The notes under the pieces: model-generated | Database searches by the model: none | What the model saw: the letters and a program-made list of their open reading frames with translations, nothing else | What the model was told of the DNA's origin: nothing | Made by a program: the position numbers and the translations under genes | In this document: positions 1 to 9,055 of the stretch, piece by piece | Numbering within the stretch: position 1 is the first letter of the stretch | Layout of the letters: every line of letters starts with the position of its first letter | Origin: a virus | Lineage: Duplodnaviria; Heunggongvirae; Uroviricota; Caudoviricetes; Demerecviridae | Virus record (IMG/VR): IMGVR_UViG_2595698513_000001 | Location: 1 to 30,744 of that record | DNA: 30,744 nucleotides | Strand: one strand, 5' to 3'

Positions 1-99
1 GAACCTGCACTAGCTGGAGATAGAAAACGTAAGATTACTTATGGTACTGGTAATCCTACAGGCGGGTCTGACGGCGATATTTACATTCAATACAAGTAA
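1..99 (+). CDS. C-terminal end of a tail fibre-type protein (5' truncated by window)
   Basis: Frame 1 reads EPALAGDRKRKITYGTGNPTGGSDGDIYIQYK* (TAA 97-99). The P-x-GG-x-DGDI-x-IQY motif is common at phage fibre C-termini. Position matches the T5 tail module end next to dut. Confidence 0.6.
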   Translation, partial: EPALAGDRKRKITYGTGNPTGGSDGDIYIQYK

Positions 100-108
100 G
101 GAGGCGTT

Positions 109-663
109 ATGGATATAAGAATAGGCGGTAGCTGGAGAAAAGGAGTAGGGTGGGTTAAAGTAAGTGGCAAGTGGCGGAAAGGAATCGCCACTTGGATTAA
201 AGTTAATGGTGTATGGCGTAAAATGGCATATGCTTTCACTAAAATAGTATTTAGACAGCAGATAGTGGATACTTCTTATTTGGGAGCCAGTAGGTACGGT
301 ACAGTAGACATTACTAAATTCGATATTGATCCTAAAGACTACCCTTGTACTGCAATTAAGTTCTTCACCCTGCAAGAAGATAGGGCCTCTAGTCCTAGAG
401 ATGCCTGGATTGATATACAGGTAAAAAATAGTGTTGAAGAAAGTACACGATTATATAATACATTAACCCAAGGTAAAACTGGTATTATTCTAAAGGGCGT
501 CGGAACTACTAATGCGTGGTTTAATAGCTCTAATGCTACCTTTGTAAGATACTCCGCTACAGGTAACGTTAGGATTACTCCTAAAGATAAACGAATTCTG
601 TTTAATTTCTTAAGAGACAACAGAGGACGTACTATTGAAATGACAGTTAATATAAACGACTAA
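109..663 (+). CDS. putative tail fibre tip / adhesin protein
   Basis: GGAGG RBS at 100-104. N-terminus has three (I/V)-(R/K)-(I/V)-x-G-x-W-R-K repeats typical of fibre-associated proteins. Last gene before the terminator. Confidence 0.55.
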   Translation: MDIRIGGSWRKGVGWVKVSGKWRKGIATWIKVNGVWRKMAYAFTKIVFRQQIVDTSYLGASRYGTVDITKFDIDPKDYPCTAIKFFTLQEDRASSPRDAWIDIQVKNSVEESTRLYNTLTQGKTGIILKGVGTTNAWFNSSNATFVRYSATGNVRITPKDKRILFNFLRDNRGRTIEMTVNIND

Positions 664-688
664 AGGGAGCCAATTGGCTCCCTTTAGT
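659..688. terminator. bidirectional intrinsic terminator between convergent tail gene and dUTPase
   Basis: Perfect 30-bp palindrome ACTAAAGGGAGCCAATTGGCTCCCTTTAGT spanning the stop of 109..663 and lying just past the dut stop. Confidence 0.85.
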
Positions 689-689
689 A

Positions 690-1142
690 TTATTGACGAC
701 CGGATTCTCCGAATCCTGATTCGCCACGATTTGTTTCATCTAGTTCGTCAACAAACTCTAGGTTATTATGTACTACGTAGTGAGGTACGATAACCATTTG
801 ACATACACGTTCAAAGTCTTCTAAGAATACATCCTCATCACCGCAGTTGCGCATCTTAACCATGATTTCACCACGATAGTTAGAATCAATAACTCCAGTA
901 GTATTTGCCAATCGGATCTCATATTTGAATCCAAGACCTGAACGTGGCATAATAAGACCTACCCAACCTCTAGGGATCGCCATTTTAACGCCTGTACCGA
1001 AAGTGATTGATTCACCACGTAATAGTGGAGTAAACCCCTGTGCTGTCTCTATGTTCATACGTAAATCGATACCTGCGTCACCGTCTTTCATACAACGTGG
1101 TTCTGCTTTTTCGTTTAATAGTTTAATGCGGATTTTTTCCAT
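690..1142 (-). CDS. dut: dUTPase (trimeric)
   Basis: Motifs AGIDL, PRSGLG, GVIDSNYRGEI, RGESGFGESG. Confidence 0.97.
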   Translation of the reverse strand: MEKIRIKLLNEKAEPRCMKDGDAGIDLRMNIETAQGFTPLLRGESITFGTGVKMAIPRGWVGLIMPRSGLGFKYEIRLANTTGVIDSNYRGEIMVKMRNCGDEDVFLEDFERVCQMVIVPHYVVHNNLEFVDELDETNRGESGFGESGRQ

Positions 1143-2014
1143 TATGCTGCTCCTCGTAAATTATTGCAAACTTGTTCTAGATATAGTAGGTTCTCTGGAC
1201 TTGGAAAAGCAATTGCTTCCTTGTGGAAAGAACGTAAATCAACCAATTGGGTATTTAAAATCAACTTTTCTTCAGATTTATTTAATTCTTCGATGTACTT
1301 CTGCTTACCTTCAATCGGAAGTTGTGTAGCGATTTCTAGCGCATCGCCATACTGACGAACTAAGTTGTAAGCACGTTTTGCACCAATACCGTTAACACCG
1401 TATACAGAGTCACCTGGGTCGCCCATGATAGCTTTAATAGATGTGTACTCATCAGGGGTATCACACTGATGATATTCATAGAAGTTATCTAAATTATATT
1501 CTTTTCTAGTAGTGTAAGAGAAACGACTTACTTTCTCTCCAAGAAGTTCATCCCAGTCTTTATCGGTAGAGATTAACCAGATATGGTCAAAGTCATCTGT
1601 ATCTTCAAACTCTTCCACTAAGTATGCAGCAGTATCATCCGCTTCCACGCCCTCTAGCTTGATAACATGGAAGTTACACTCACAAAGCTCAATAGCTTTA
1701 TTAAAGTCTTCGAAAAATTGCTCTGCTGCTAGCTTCTCTTCTTCTGTCTGGTCAGCGAACTTAGCTTTACGGTCGAATTTATATTTAGGATGTAAGTCTT
1801 TTCTGAACCATGAGCCTTTGTAGTCTACTAGAATAACAATCTCACGAGCATGATAAGATTTAGCTAGAGAATTTACTGTTTTCACATAATCAGCAGCAAA
1901 GTCAGTAGTACCGCGATGTTTGTATCGGAATGCTAAGTTCAATCCATCGACTATCAGAAGATTATTCTTGGGCATCATTGCTTCTTCTGTTGCCATATTC
2001 CACATGTCCATCAT
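1142..2014 (-). CDS. D15: 5'-3' exonuclease / flap endonuclease (T5 D15-like)
   Basis: LIVDG-N motif, YKFDR, EADD, STDKDW, helix-hairpin GDPGDSVYGVNGIGAK. Synteny with dut. Confidence 0.93.
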   Translation of the reverse strand: MMDMWNMATEEAMMPKNNLLIVDGLNLAFRYKHRGTTDFAADYVKTVNSLAKSYHAREIVILVDYKGSWFRKDLHPKYKFDRKAKFADQTEEEKLAAEQFFEDFNKAIELCECNFHVIKLEGVEADDTAAYLVEEFEDTDDFDHIWLISTDKDWDELLGEKVSRFSYTTRKEYNLDNFYEYHQCDTPDEYTSIKAIMGDPGDSVYGVNGIGAKRAYNLVRQYGDALEIATQLPIEGKQKYIEELNKSEEKLILNTQLVDLRSFHKEAIAFPSPENLLYLEQVCNNLRGAA

Positions 2015-2499
2015 CGTACTATATCTCCCGTTTCAATCAGCGATAGGAACTGTTTAAAGTTAATCATGAAAACTGATCTATCACCTTTATTATAATTTAT
2101 CATCGGTTTTGCACTTGCTAATTTATCCGATAATTCTTGGTAATCAGATGCATCAATACATACAATCCAATCACCCCTGTCTTTTTTGAACACCAGCATA
2201 GGCTTAGCGTTCATTTGACCCGCCTCACGATAAGTCTGGTCTAGCCATTTATCTAATTGAGTACTAGTGGTCTTCATTATATTTGAGTTTAAGTGTTCGT
2301 CTTTATACCACTTAACTTCAATAGCAAACTTGGACATATGTCCAGTTGCGTGGGGTAGGTAGATGTCTCCCTTCAATCCGTGGGAGGCACCGAAGCCTCC
2401 CGAACCTGGGACACGTTCCCACTCCATCCCTGTCTTTTCTCTAAGTAAATCGCGGATTTGATATTCTCCGCGCTTACCTTTATCTCTTGAATCAGCCAT
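2011..2499 (-). CDS. D14: PD-(D/E)xK nuclease, Hjc-like Holliday junction resolvase (T5 D14-like)
   Basis: KGKRGE...RVPGSG...GDIY...IEVK pattern; position between D13 and D15. Confidence 0.85.
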   Translation of the reverse strand: MADSRDKGKRGEYQIRDLLREKTGMEWERVPGSGGFGASHGLKGDIYLPHATGHMSKFAIEVKWYKDEHLNSNIMKTTSTQLDKWLDQTYREAGQMNAKPMLVFKKDRGDWIVCIDASDYQELSDKLASAKPMINYNKGDRSVFMINFKQFLSLIETGDIVR

Positions 2500-2785
2500 T
2501 TACTACCTCTATTTTGTTTACCTGCACATTTAAAATAATATCGCGAGTAAGACCCTGCCCTAGGGTTAAATCCCCGGAGTCTATAAAAAGGTCTGGATCG
2601 TACTTATAGAGGTCTTTCAATGCTTGAGTTCTTTTTACAGTTGCTCGTAAATGGAAATTATCCCCTATACGAAGCAATTTCTCACATGAGTCTAGGAAAG
2701 AGCATAGTTCATCTCCTTCACTAGTTTTTACAAACAAAACGGCTGCTTTACCCGAATTTATCAATGTTAGGATGTATTTAGACAT
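2492..2785 (-). CDS. hypothetical protein (97 aa)
   Basis: ORF fills the gap and overlaps both neighbours by 8 bp; no recognisable motif. Confidence 0.65.
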   Translation of the reverse strand: MSKYILTLINSGKAAVLFVKTSEGDELCSFLDSCEKLLRIGDNFHLRATVKRTQALKDLYKYDPDLFIDSGDLTLGQGLTRDIILNVQVNKIEVVNG

Positions 2786-4652
2786 TTACTACCGTACTTA
2801 CTTTATTCCGCTTCTCCAAGCGAATATCTTTTGTTAGTGGATGATTATAACCATGACTAACAAGGAATGTATTTAAATGTGTTTCTTCTAGCAGAAGCTC
2901 TACTAATAAATCTCGGCTATCATCATCTAGCACCGAAATTACCTCATCTAAAAATAGAAGGTTAATATTAACGTCACTGATAGCACTCATAAGATTTCGA
3001 ATTGCTAGTAGCGTTGATACATTTACTTTACTTTGTTCACCACTAGATAGAGATTCCATTCCAACTTCAACACCATCATCATAGATGACAACCTTGAGTT
3101 TAGTAGAGTCTAACTCGAAACCTAGTGCGAATTGACCAGCAGTGAATTTTGAAAGATATTTATTTATTAATTCTTCAAAAACTTTAACACTACTTTCGAT
3201 TTTATAACTAATAAGTCCTTTAGACCCGAATGCTTTACAAAGAATATCTAAATCCGCAACTTCAAGCTCTGCCTCTTGTAGGTCAACCTGATATTTCTCC
3301 AACTCAATGCGATATTCCGAAGAGGTCTTTAAAATCTCCTCACGTTTTGCATTATTTACTAAGGCATCTGTATTATGTCGTTTAGCATTTTCTATGTCGG
3401 TTTTGAGCTTGTTTATATTATCACGTAGCTCTCGAATTTCCGCCTGTAGTAAATTAGTGTCGGATTTGCGCTTGTCTACAGAGCCTGGGTACTCAGGCAC
3501 TTGATAGGTATTAAACTCTAGTAGAGCATTATCCATCTTACGCTTCCAGTCTTGATACTCTTTATATAATGCTTGTTTATCTTCGAGCTTATCAAGCTCT
3601 TCTTGAAGTGCATCACGTAAAGGTTTAAGATTATAGAATCGTTTCTTAGCAGCATCACGAGCCTCTGCTTTCTGTGTTACGTCTAGTTCAGAACCACAAG
3701 TATGGCACTTAGTCATGCTAGCTTCGTTTTTAAATTTCTCGTAAGTAGTTTTCTCTACTCGCATCTCTGCTTGCTTATTTGCTAGGTCACGCGTAACACT
3801 TTGAATTTTTCCAGAAAAGTCCTCTGCTGGCGCAGGTTCATTTTTCTGTAGCTCCAACACTTTGGCATGTAGCTTATCTTTGTGTTGGGCTTTTGTATGG
3901 AAATAGTCAAGCTGTCTTTGTTGAGCGTCGATTTCTCTATTGTGAATCTCAGCGGTACGCAAATCTACGTTTTTCTCGTTGAGTTTCTCTTCTAAACCAG
4001 AGTCTAGTTCTGGAACGTCTACTAGCGACATTTCGTCTGGTATGATTGAGTTTCGTTTTAGCCATTTCTCAATTGTCTCCGTCTTACCTTTAACAGTGTT
4101 TAAGACAGAAGTGGCATTTTTTCTAGCTTCTTTTAGAGCAGCTTCGATTTCACCGTAGCCCTCCAAGCCTAGAAGTGAAACGAGGAACTTCTTACGGTTA
4201 GCATCTGTAGACGTTAGGAAGTCCATAGATGATACCATCGACTGGTATACCAGCTTGGTGAATGTTTTAAACTCGGTATCCCCAAGTATTTCTTTTATAT
4301 GCTTGTATGTTTGTGTAGCTGTATGACCACTTATATCTTCACTATTCTTATATAGTTTTACTTTGGCTGCTGATTTAACTTCTTTGTGGACAACATACTC
4401 ATCATCACCTATGAAGAAAGTAACTTCTCCCCACCAACCCTTGACGTCGGTGTAACGATTTGGTAACGATGCTTTCTTAATACCTCTAGAGTTATTGTTA
4501 TATAAGATTTCCTCTAGAACAACTGGTAAGGATGACTTACCTGAGCCATTCTTACCAATTAATTGATATACCGTATGGTCGTCAAGAATGAAATCAAACT
4601 CACCGTATGCTAGTACGTTATTACCACGTACTCGATGTAATCTAATCTGCAT
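2778..4652 (-). CDS. D13: SbcC/Rad50-like recombination ATPase (T5 D13-like)
   Basis: Walker A GKNGSGKS, coiled coils around zinc hook CHTC, signature LSSGE, Walker B FLDE. Confidence 0.95.
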   Translation of the reverse strand: MQIRLHRVRGNNVLAYGEFDFILDDHTVYQLIGKNGSGKSSLPVVLEEILYNNNSRGIKKASLPNRYTDVKGWWGEVTFFIGDDEYVVHKEVKSAAKVKLYKNSEDISGHTATQTYKHIKEILGDTEFKTFTKLVYQSMVSSMDFLTSTDANRKKFLVSLLGLEGYGEIEAALKEARKNATSVLNTVKGKTETIEKWLKRNSIIPDEMSLVDVPELDSGLEEKLNEKNVDLRTAEIHNREIDAQQRQLDYFHTKAQHKDKLHAKVLELQKNEPAPAEDFSGKIQSVTRDLANKQAEMRVEKTTYEKFKNEASMTKCHTCGSELDVTQKAEARDAAKKRFYNLKPLRDALQEELDKLEDKQALYKEYQDWKRKMDNALLEFNTYQVPEYPGSVDKRKSDTNLLQAEIRELRDNINKLKTDIENAKRHNTDALVNNAKREEILKTSSEYRIELEKYQVDLQEAELEVADLDILCKAFGSKGLISYKIESSVKVFEELINKYLSKFTAGQFALGFELDSTKLKVVIYDDGVEVGMESLSSGEQSKVNVSTLLAIRNLMSAISDVNINLLFLDEVISVLDDDSRDLLVELLLEETHLNTFLVSHGYNHPLTKDIRLEKRNKVSTVVNV

Positions 4653-5625
4653 TAGGAACTACCTGTTTATATTTACCTACTAAACGACTAACTGTATCTT
4701 TAGGCAGGTTCTCCACCTCTGTAAGATACAGAGCCAATTCTTCATCTGTTCCAGATTTATTAGTGAGGTCTAGTGCTGCGGGTTTGCCAACATTCTTATT
4801 GACTTTCTTATCTAATAGCTCAGAATCTTTTATTGTTTTAAGCTCTGAAATGTCACCTTCAACTTCATAGATAACTCTATCATGCTCATCCTTAACCATT
4901 TCTTCTCCGACTTGAATAGTCTTACGAATTAACTGAGGAAGCTGTTTAAAGTCATACCAAGTATAGTTGAGTGTCTCAGTGTTAATAACGATACATCCAT
5001 TAGTTTTATTAGTACGTTCTCTATGAAACGATGTAGTAAGCGGGCTACCTGGGTAAAGGATTGTAGTACCGTTTTCAGTCGATTGAGTATTTTGATAAGA
5101 GTGTAAGTCACCTGCGATAACTAAGTCATAGCAATCAAACTTAGACAAGTCAATTTCAGGTTTTACATGTGGAGGGATTTCACCACGAACATGTGTTAAG
5201 CAAAGACGAGAGTGTTGTTCTTTCCAAGATTTTTTATGAAGCTCTTTATAATCAACAATATCAAAATCTTTACTTCTATATATATCTGTGACAATTTCGA
5301 CAAGAGAGTTACAGCGATTTGTCTCTTCCGCAAGATTGTCTAGGACAGATTTCGTTTTAGACTTCATTTCATGGTTGCCAGTGTAAATCAATGTCTTATG
5401 GTTTAATCTAGCAACTAAATCAAAATAAAGCTCTATTTCTTCAGGAGTAGGGTCGAATCTGTCAAAAATATCCCCACCAATAACATGAATATCGCACTCA
5501 CTAGCTTCGAATCTTCTATTAAGCAAATCTACTAGAGAGTGGAATCGGTTGACTTGCCATAAAGTTGGGACATGTTTTTGCCCCAACTTAATATGCCAAT
5601 CAGCCGAGAATAAAAGTCTAGCCAT
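4642..5625 (-). CDS. D12: SbcD/Mre11-like metallophosphoesterase nuclease (T5 D12-like)
   Basis: ADWH, GGDIFD, GNHE and GDLH motifs; adjacent to the SbcC-like gene. Confidence 0.95.
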   Translation of the reverse strand: MARLLFSADWHIKLGQKHVPTLWQVNRFHSLVDLLNRRFEASECDIHVIGGDIFDRFDPTPEEIELYFDLVARLNHKTLIYTGNHEMKSKTKSVLDNLAEETNRCNSLVEIVTDIYRSKDFDIVDYKELHKKSWKEQHSRLCLTHVRGEIPPHVKPEIDLSKFDCYDLVIAGDLHSYQNTQSTENGTTILYPGSPLTTSFHRERTNKTNGCIVINTETLNYTWYDFKQLPQLIRKTIQVGEEMVKDEHDRVIYEVEGDISELKTIKDSELLDKKVNKNVGKPAALDLTNKSGTDEELALYLTEVENLPKDTVSRLVGKYKQVVPNAD

Positions 5626-6002
5626 TAAGTCTCGATTGGATACTTGACGGTAGTAGCTACTTGATCAGCCAGCTCTTTCACCAAGCCTTTTTCTTGGAAC
5701 TCTTTACTTAGGGTTTCAATATCAATTGCATCAGGGTCGTAAGGCTCATTGAACGGTTCAAATAGTTCATGAGCTAAATCCCATTGATCTTGCCAGTTTT
5801 TACAGTTCTGCATGAAGTATTGGTCAACTTCTGTAAGATACTCATTAACTCGTTCACGGATTATTGCAATTTCACGGCGAACATCTTCTACTTCTTTCCA
5901 AGTCTTATTTTCTACTGGATTGTCTAGAAATCCACCTGCTGCTTGAACAAGAGCACCTGTAAGTGAGCGTTTATCAAAGATGATTTTACGTTGTTCTATC
6001 AT
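5625..6002 (-). CDS. hypothetical acidic helical protein (125 aa)
   Basis: GGAG RBS upstream of ATG; TAATG coupling to D12; no motif recognised. Confidence 0.75.
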   Translation of the reverse strand: MIEQRKIIFDKRSLTGALVQAAGGFLDNPVENKTWKEVEDVRREIAIIRERVNEYLTEVDQYFMQNCKNWQDQWDLAHELFEPFNEPYDPDAIDIETLSKEFQEKGLVKELADQVATTVKYPIET

Positions 6003-6016
6003 TTATTTCTCCAAGT

Positions 6017-6040
6017 AAAAGGGGAAGCCATAGCCTCCCC
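6017..6040 (-). terminator. intrinsic terminator after D11
   Basis: Minus strand GGGGAGGC-TATG-GCTTCCCC followed by TTTT. Confidence 0.7.
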
Positions 6041-6048
6041 AATTGTTA

Positions 6049-6852
6049 TTAGTCTAGTTCATCCATTGCTTCTTGAGCAGCTTCGTTAGCAGTAGTTTCA
6101 CCTGCTTCATCTTCGTCACCGTGTAGGAACTTATGAACTTCTTCTTTTTGTTCTGCGTATGTTGGACGTGGGAACACTTCTTGGATTGGCTTCTTATCTT
6201 TCAAGATTTCAGCATCCGCTTCGAAGTTAGCCATCATAGCTTTGAACGCATCTTCGTCTAGTACGTTTTCCATTGTTTCAACAATGTCAACTTTGTACTT
6301 AGTACCTAGACCAGAACCTGATTTAACTAGGACAACATCAATGTCCATTGGGCTGTTAACAACATAGTCTGGGTCAGCAAAACGACGACGTTGTTTAGGG
6401 TCGCTAAGTTTAGCCATTAGCTCACCGATACCTGCAAGAGTGTCACCTTTAAGAGTAGCGTACTCATACTCACCAGAATCACGGTTGATGATTGGGAATA
6501 GGTATTGGCGTTGTGGTTTAAGTGGGACTGGTTGACCTTTCTTGTCAAACTCAGGATTACCTTGCCAGTCAGTGTTCTGAATACCTAGTTCTTTGATAGG
6601 GTCAAGAGCACCGTTAATGAACTTTTCAACACCTGGAGTAGCATCGAAAGATAGGCAATCGAAAGGAGCACTTAGTTTACGTGGTTTACCTTCGTCGTCG
6701 GTTTTAGTAGTTGACAACCAGTAAACGAATCGTGGTAGAATGTCACCAACGATACGGAATTTGTTAGCGCCAGCTTTGTACTTAGTGTATTTTTTCTCGC
6801 CGCCGTTGTCGCCCGCTGTTACAGTACCCCAGTTAGATGCAGTCATAGTCAT
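6049..6852 (-). CDS. D11: putative ssDNA-binding protein (T5 D11-like)
   Basis: NKFRIVGDILPRFVYW and DVVLVKSGSGLGTKY segments, acidic C-terminal tail, highly biased codons, synteny. Confidence 0.8.
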   Translation of the reverse strand: MTMTASNWGTVTAGDNGGEKKYTKYKAGANKFRIVGDILPRFVYWLSTTKTDDEGKPRKLSAPFDCLSFDATPGVEKFINGALDPIKELGIQNTDWQGNPEFDKKGQPVPLKPQRQYLFPIINRDSGEYEYATLKGDTLAGIGELMAKLSDPKQRRRFADPDYVVNSPMDIDVVLVKSGSGLGTKYKVDIVETMENVLDEDAFKAMMANFEADAEILKDKKPIQEVFPRPTYAEQKEEVHKFLHGDEDEAGETTANEAAQEAMDELD

Positions 6853-7211
6853 AAATTATTTTCCTCGTATTTGAATATTAGCTTTGTTTTGTTTAATGCG
6901 ATTAGTGGGTTTTCATCGACAACCTGCCGAGGAATATAGTCAGGGAAGTATTCCAAACCTAGATTAACCTCGCGGTATTGTTGATAGGATGCGTAGTTGC
7001 GTAAAGCACATAAACCTAGATACTCTGCCAACTTATGTTGTGGCAATCTCATAGGGTTATTAACTACGATTTCAGGATTGAGTATGAAGTTTGTTCCTTT
7101 TAGGAAGCGGTAATCAACTCGGTTGAGGTATAGATATTTAAAATATCTTAACATCAGTCTGGGCTGCCCACCTGAGAGCAGCCAGATTTTATTAAAGTCG
7201 TAAAGAACCAT
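6849..7211 (-). CDS. conserved T5-like hypothetical protein (120 aa)
   Basis: GTNFILNPE and EYLGLCALRNY segments recalled from T5-like genes between D10 and D11; ATGA overlap with D11. Confidence 0.75.
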   Translation of the reverse strand: MVLYDFNKIWLLSGGQPRLMLRYFKYLYLNRVDYRFLKGTNFILNPEIVVNNPMRLPQHKLAEYLGLCALRNYASYQQYREVNLGLEYFPDYIPRQVVDENPLIALNKTKLIFKYEENNL

Positions 7212-7230
7212 TTCTCAACTTTATGCGATT

Positions 7231-7259
7231 ATTATACAGAAATTTTAGTAGTTGAGCAA
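7231..7259 (-). promoter_or_regulatory. sigma70-type promoter
   Basis: TTGCTC-17 bp-TATAAT with an A/T-rich UP element upstream. Confidence 0.85.
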
Positions 7260-7268
7260 TTCAATTTT

Positions 7269-7667
7269 TTAACTTTGTGGAGCGAACCACTCACCTTCTC
7301 TGTCTGATTTATCACCGATAGCGTATACTACTTTGAGTTCTTCATTAGGCTGGATAGAAATCCAGTATACCTTGTAGCCTTTTGGTAGCTGCATTTCATC
7401 ACCAAATACTACTTCGATACCTTGAAGATCGAATGTATCAGGGTCAACTAACGTTGCATCTACCCAAGGAGAGTCATGCAGTGTAGCTGGCTCATCTAGT
7501 TTTGCACGAGTACACGCATACTTATTAAAGTAGCACATATCAAAGTCTCGATAGATTTTTAATCCCTTACCTACTTCTTCAATATGTTCTTGTGTTACAT
7601 AGAATCCAACGGAGCGCATACCTTCTGGAATTGACCCTTCGATTTTATAGCTTTCTACTTTATTCAT
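7269..7667 (-). CDS. hypothetical protein (132 aa), moron-like
   Basis: GAAGGAG RBS, own promoter immediately upstream; no motif recognised. Confidence 0.75.
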   Translation of the reverse strand: MNKVESYKIEGSIPEGMRSVGFYVTQEHIEEVGKGLKIYRDFDMCYFNKYACTRAKLDEPATLHDSPWVDATLVDPDTFDLQGIEVVFGDEMQLPKGYKVYWISIQPNEELKVVYAIGDKSDREGEWFAPQS

Positions 7668-7698
7668 AATCTTCTCTCCTTCTTCAGAATATGCATAT

Positions 7699-7728
7699 AT
7701 TATACTTTAAAATCTAGCAACTTAGCAA
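7699..7728 (-). promoter_or_regulatory. sigma70-type promoter inside the D10 3' end
   Basis: TTGCTA-18 bp-TATAAT. Confidence 0.7.
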
Positions 7729-9055
7729 GTGAATTTTTATTTGTAGCTACTAGCTTAGGGATTGACATTGGAATACATTGCCAACCATTCTTACCATAGA
7801 TAGCAGTACGAGCACGACGGTGTCTTCCACCAGTCCACCCTTCTAGCTTCAAATCTACCAGAACAGGGTCTAGTTTACCTTCTGCTTTCCTCATTATACG
7901 ACCTGCTAGTTGTTCTAATAGAGATTCGTTATCCCCAATAGGGCTTCCTAGAATCATACACGATAATTCATTTTGTGAAATACCTTCCGAGAATATATTC
8001 TGACTAGCATTGAATATATCTAATTTTCCGGCTGACATGTCTTTCTGTAGCTGAATACGGTCTTCAGTGGAGGTTTCTCCAATGAATAATGCCGAGCGTC
8101 CTTTCACATGTTCATGTATATATTTCAAAAATTCAATTCTATCACTCACAACGATAACTTTGTGACCCATCTTTATATAACAATTCGCAAGAGCGAGTAC
8201 TTGTTTTCTATAATGAGGGTTCTCCATCACAGCATTTACTTTGTTAGCCCAAGGTATCATTTGATTACCAGAAAGCTCAACATCAGTATCATATAAGTGA
8301 ATGGTTGGTGGGATAGTATTTGCTACCTCAGGTACGAATACCTTCATCCCGAAGAAGTCTTTAAATAAACATTCCAAGCCGTCCTTACGCTTTAATGTTC
8401 CCGATAGACCAATCTTATATCTAGCTTTACTTTCCATAAGAAGCTTAGTAAACGTAGATGCCGGAGTATGGTGCATCTCGTCTACAATCATAAGACCAAA
8501 TTGGTCTGCTAGTTTAATACCGTGTTTAGATAGTGTTTGAATGTTACCAATAGTAATTGGGGACTCATGATCAAACTGACCTGAGCCTATAATACCTGGC
8601 TCTATATCAAACCACTTACGTACTTCGTCAATCCACATATCACGGATTGCAGTAGTGGTACAAACTACAAGTGTTTTCTGTCCTAGCTTCCAAGCTAATG
8701 CTAATGCTAGAATGGTTTTACCGAAACCTGGCTTTGCGTTTATAATACAAGAATCATCAGCTTCATCAAATATTTCTTGCTGGTCTTCACGTAAAGTGAA
8801 CTTAGGTTCAGGAAAAGTCTCTGGTAAAATGGTACGCTTATCAATATACTCTACTTCATATCCTTGAAGCAAATCTAAGCGTGACACTGGAAGCCAGTAT
8901 GTTCCTTTAGCTACTAGCCCATAGTGTAAGATTAGTTTAGGTATTGAAGTCTTAGAGTGTGGCTCGAAGATTTGATAAGTCAAGTTCTTCTCTAGTCTTT
9001 CTCTTAATTGATCATCAGGCTTCAAATACGCTTTATTTGACAATACAACTTTCAA
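7700..9055 (-). CDS. D10: SF2 DExH helicase (T5 D10-like)
   Basis: Walker A AKPGFGKT, VDEMHH, GLSGT, SEGIS, QLAGRIMR. Confidence 0.93.
   Translation of the reverse strand: MKVVLSNKAYLKPDDQLRERLEKNLTYQIFEPHSKTSIPKLILHYGLVAKGTYWLPVSRLDLLQGYEVEYIDKRTILPETFPEPKFTLREDQQEIFDEADDSCIINAKPGFGKTILALALAWKLGQKTLVVCTTTAIRDMWIDEVRKWFDIEPGIIGSGQFDHESPITIGNIQTLSKHGIKLADQFGLMIVDEMHHTPASTFTKLLMESKARYKIGLSGTLKRKDGLECLFKDFFGMKVFVPEVANTIPPTIHLYDTDVELSGNQMIPWANKVNAVMENPHYRKQVLALANCYIKMGHKVIVVSDRIEFLKYIHEHVKGRSALFIGETSTEDRIQLQKDMSAGKLDIFNASQNIFSEGISQNELSCMILGSPIGDNESLLEQLAGRIMRKAEGKLDPVLVDLKLEGWTGGRHRRARTAIYGKNGWQCIPMSIPKLVATNKNSLAKLLDFKV

Noticed and set aside
7222-7240. LexA-like box (CTGTATAAT...) at the 7231 promoter
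   Set aside because: The second half-site (ACAG) is missing.
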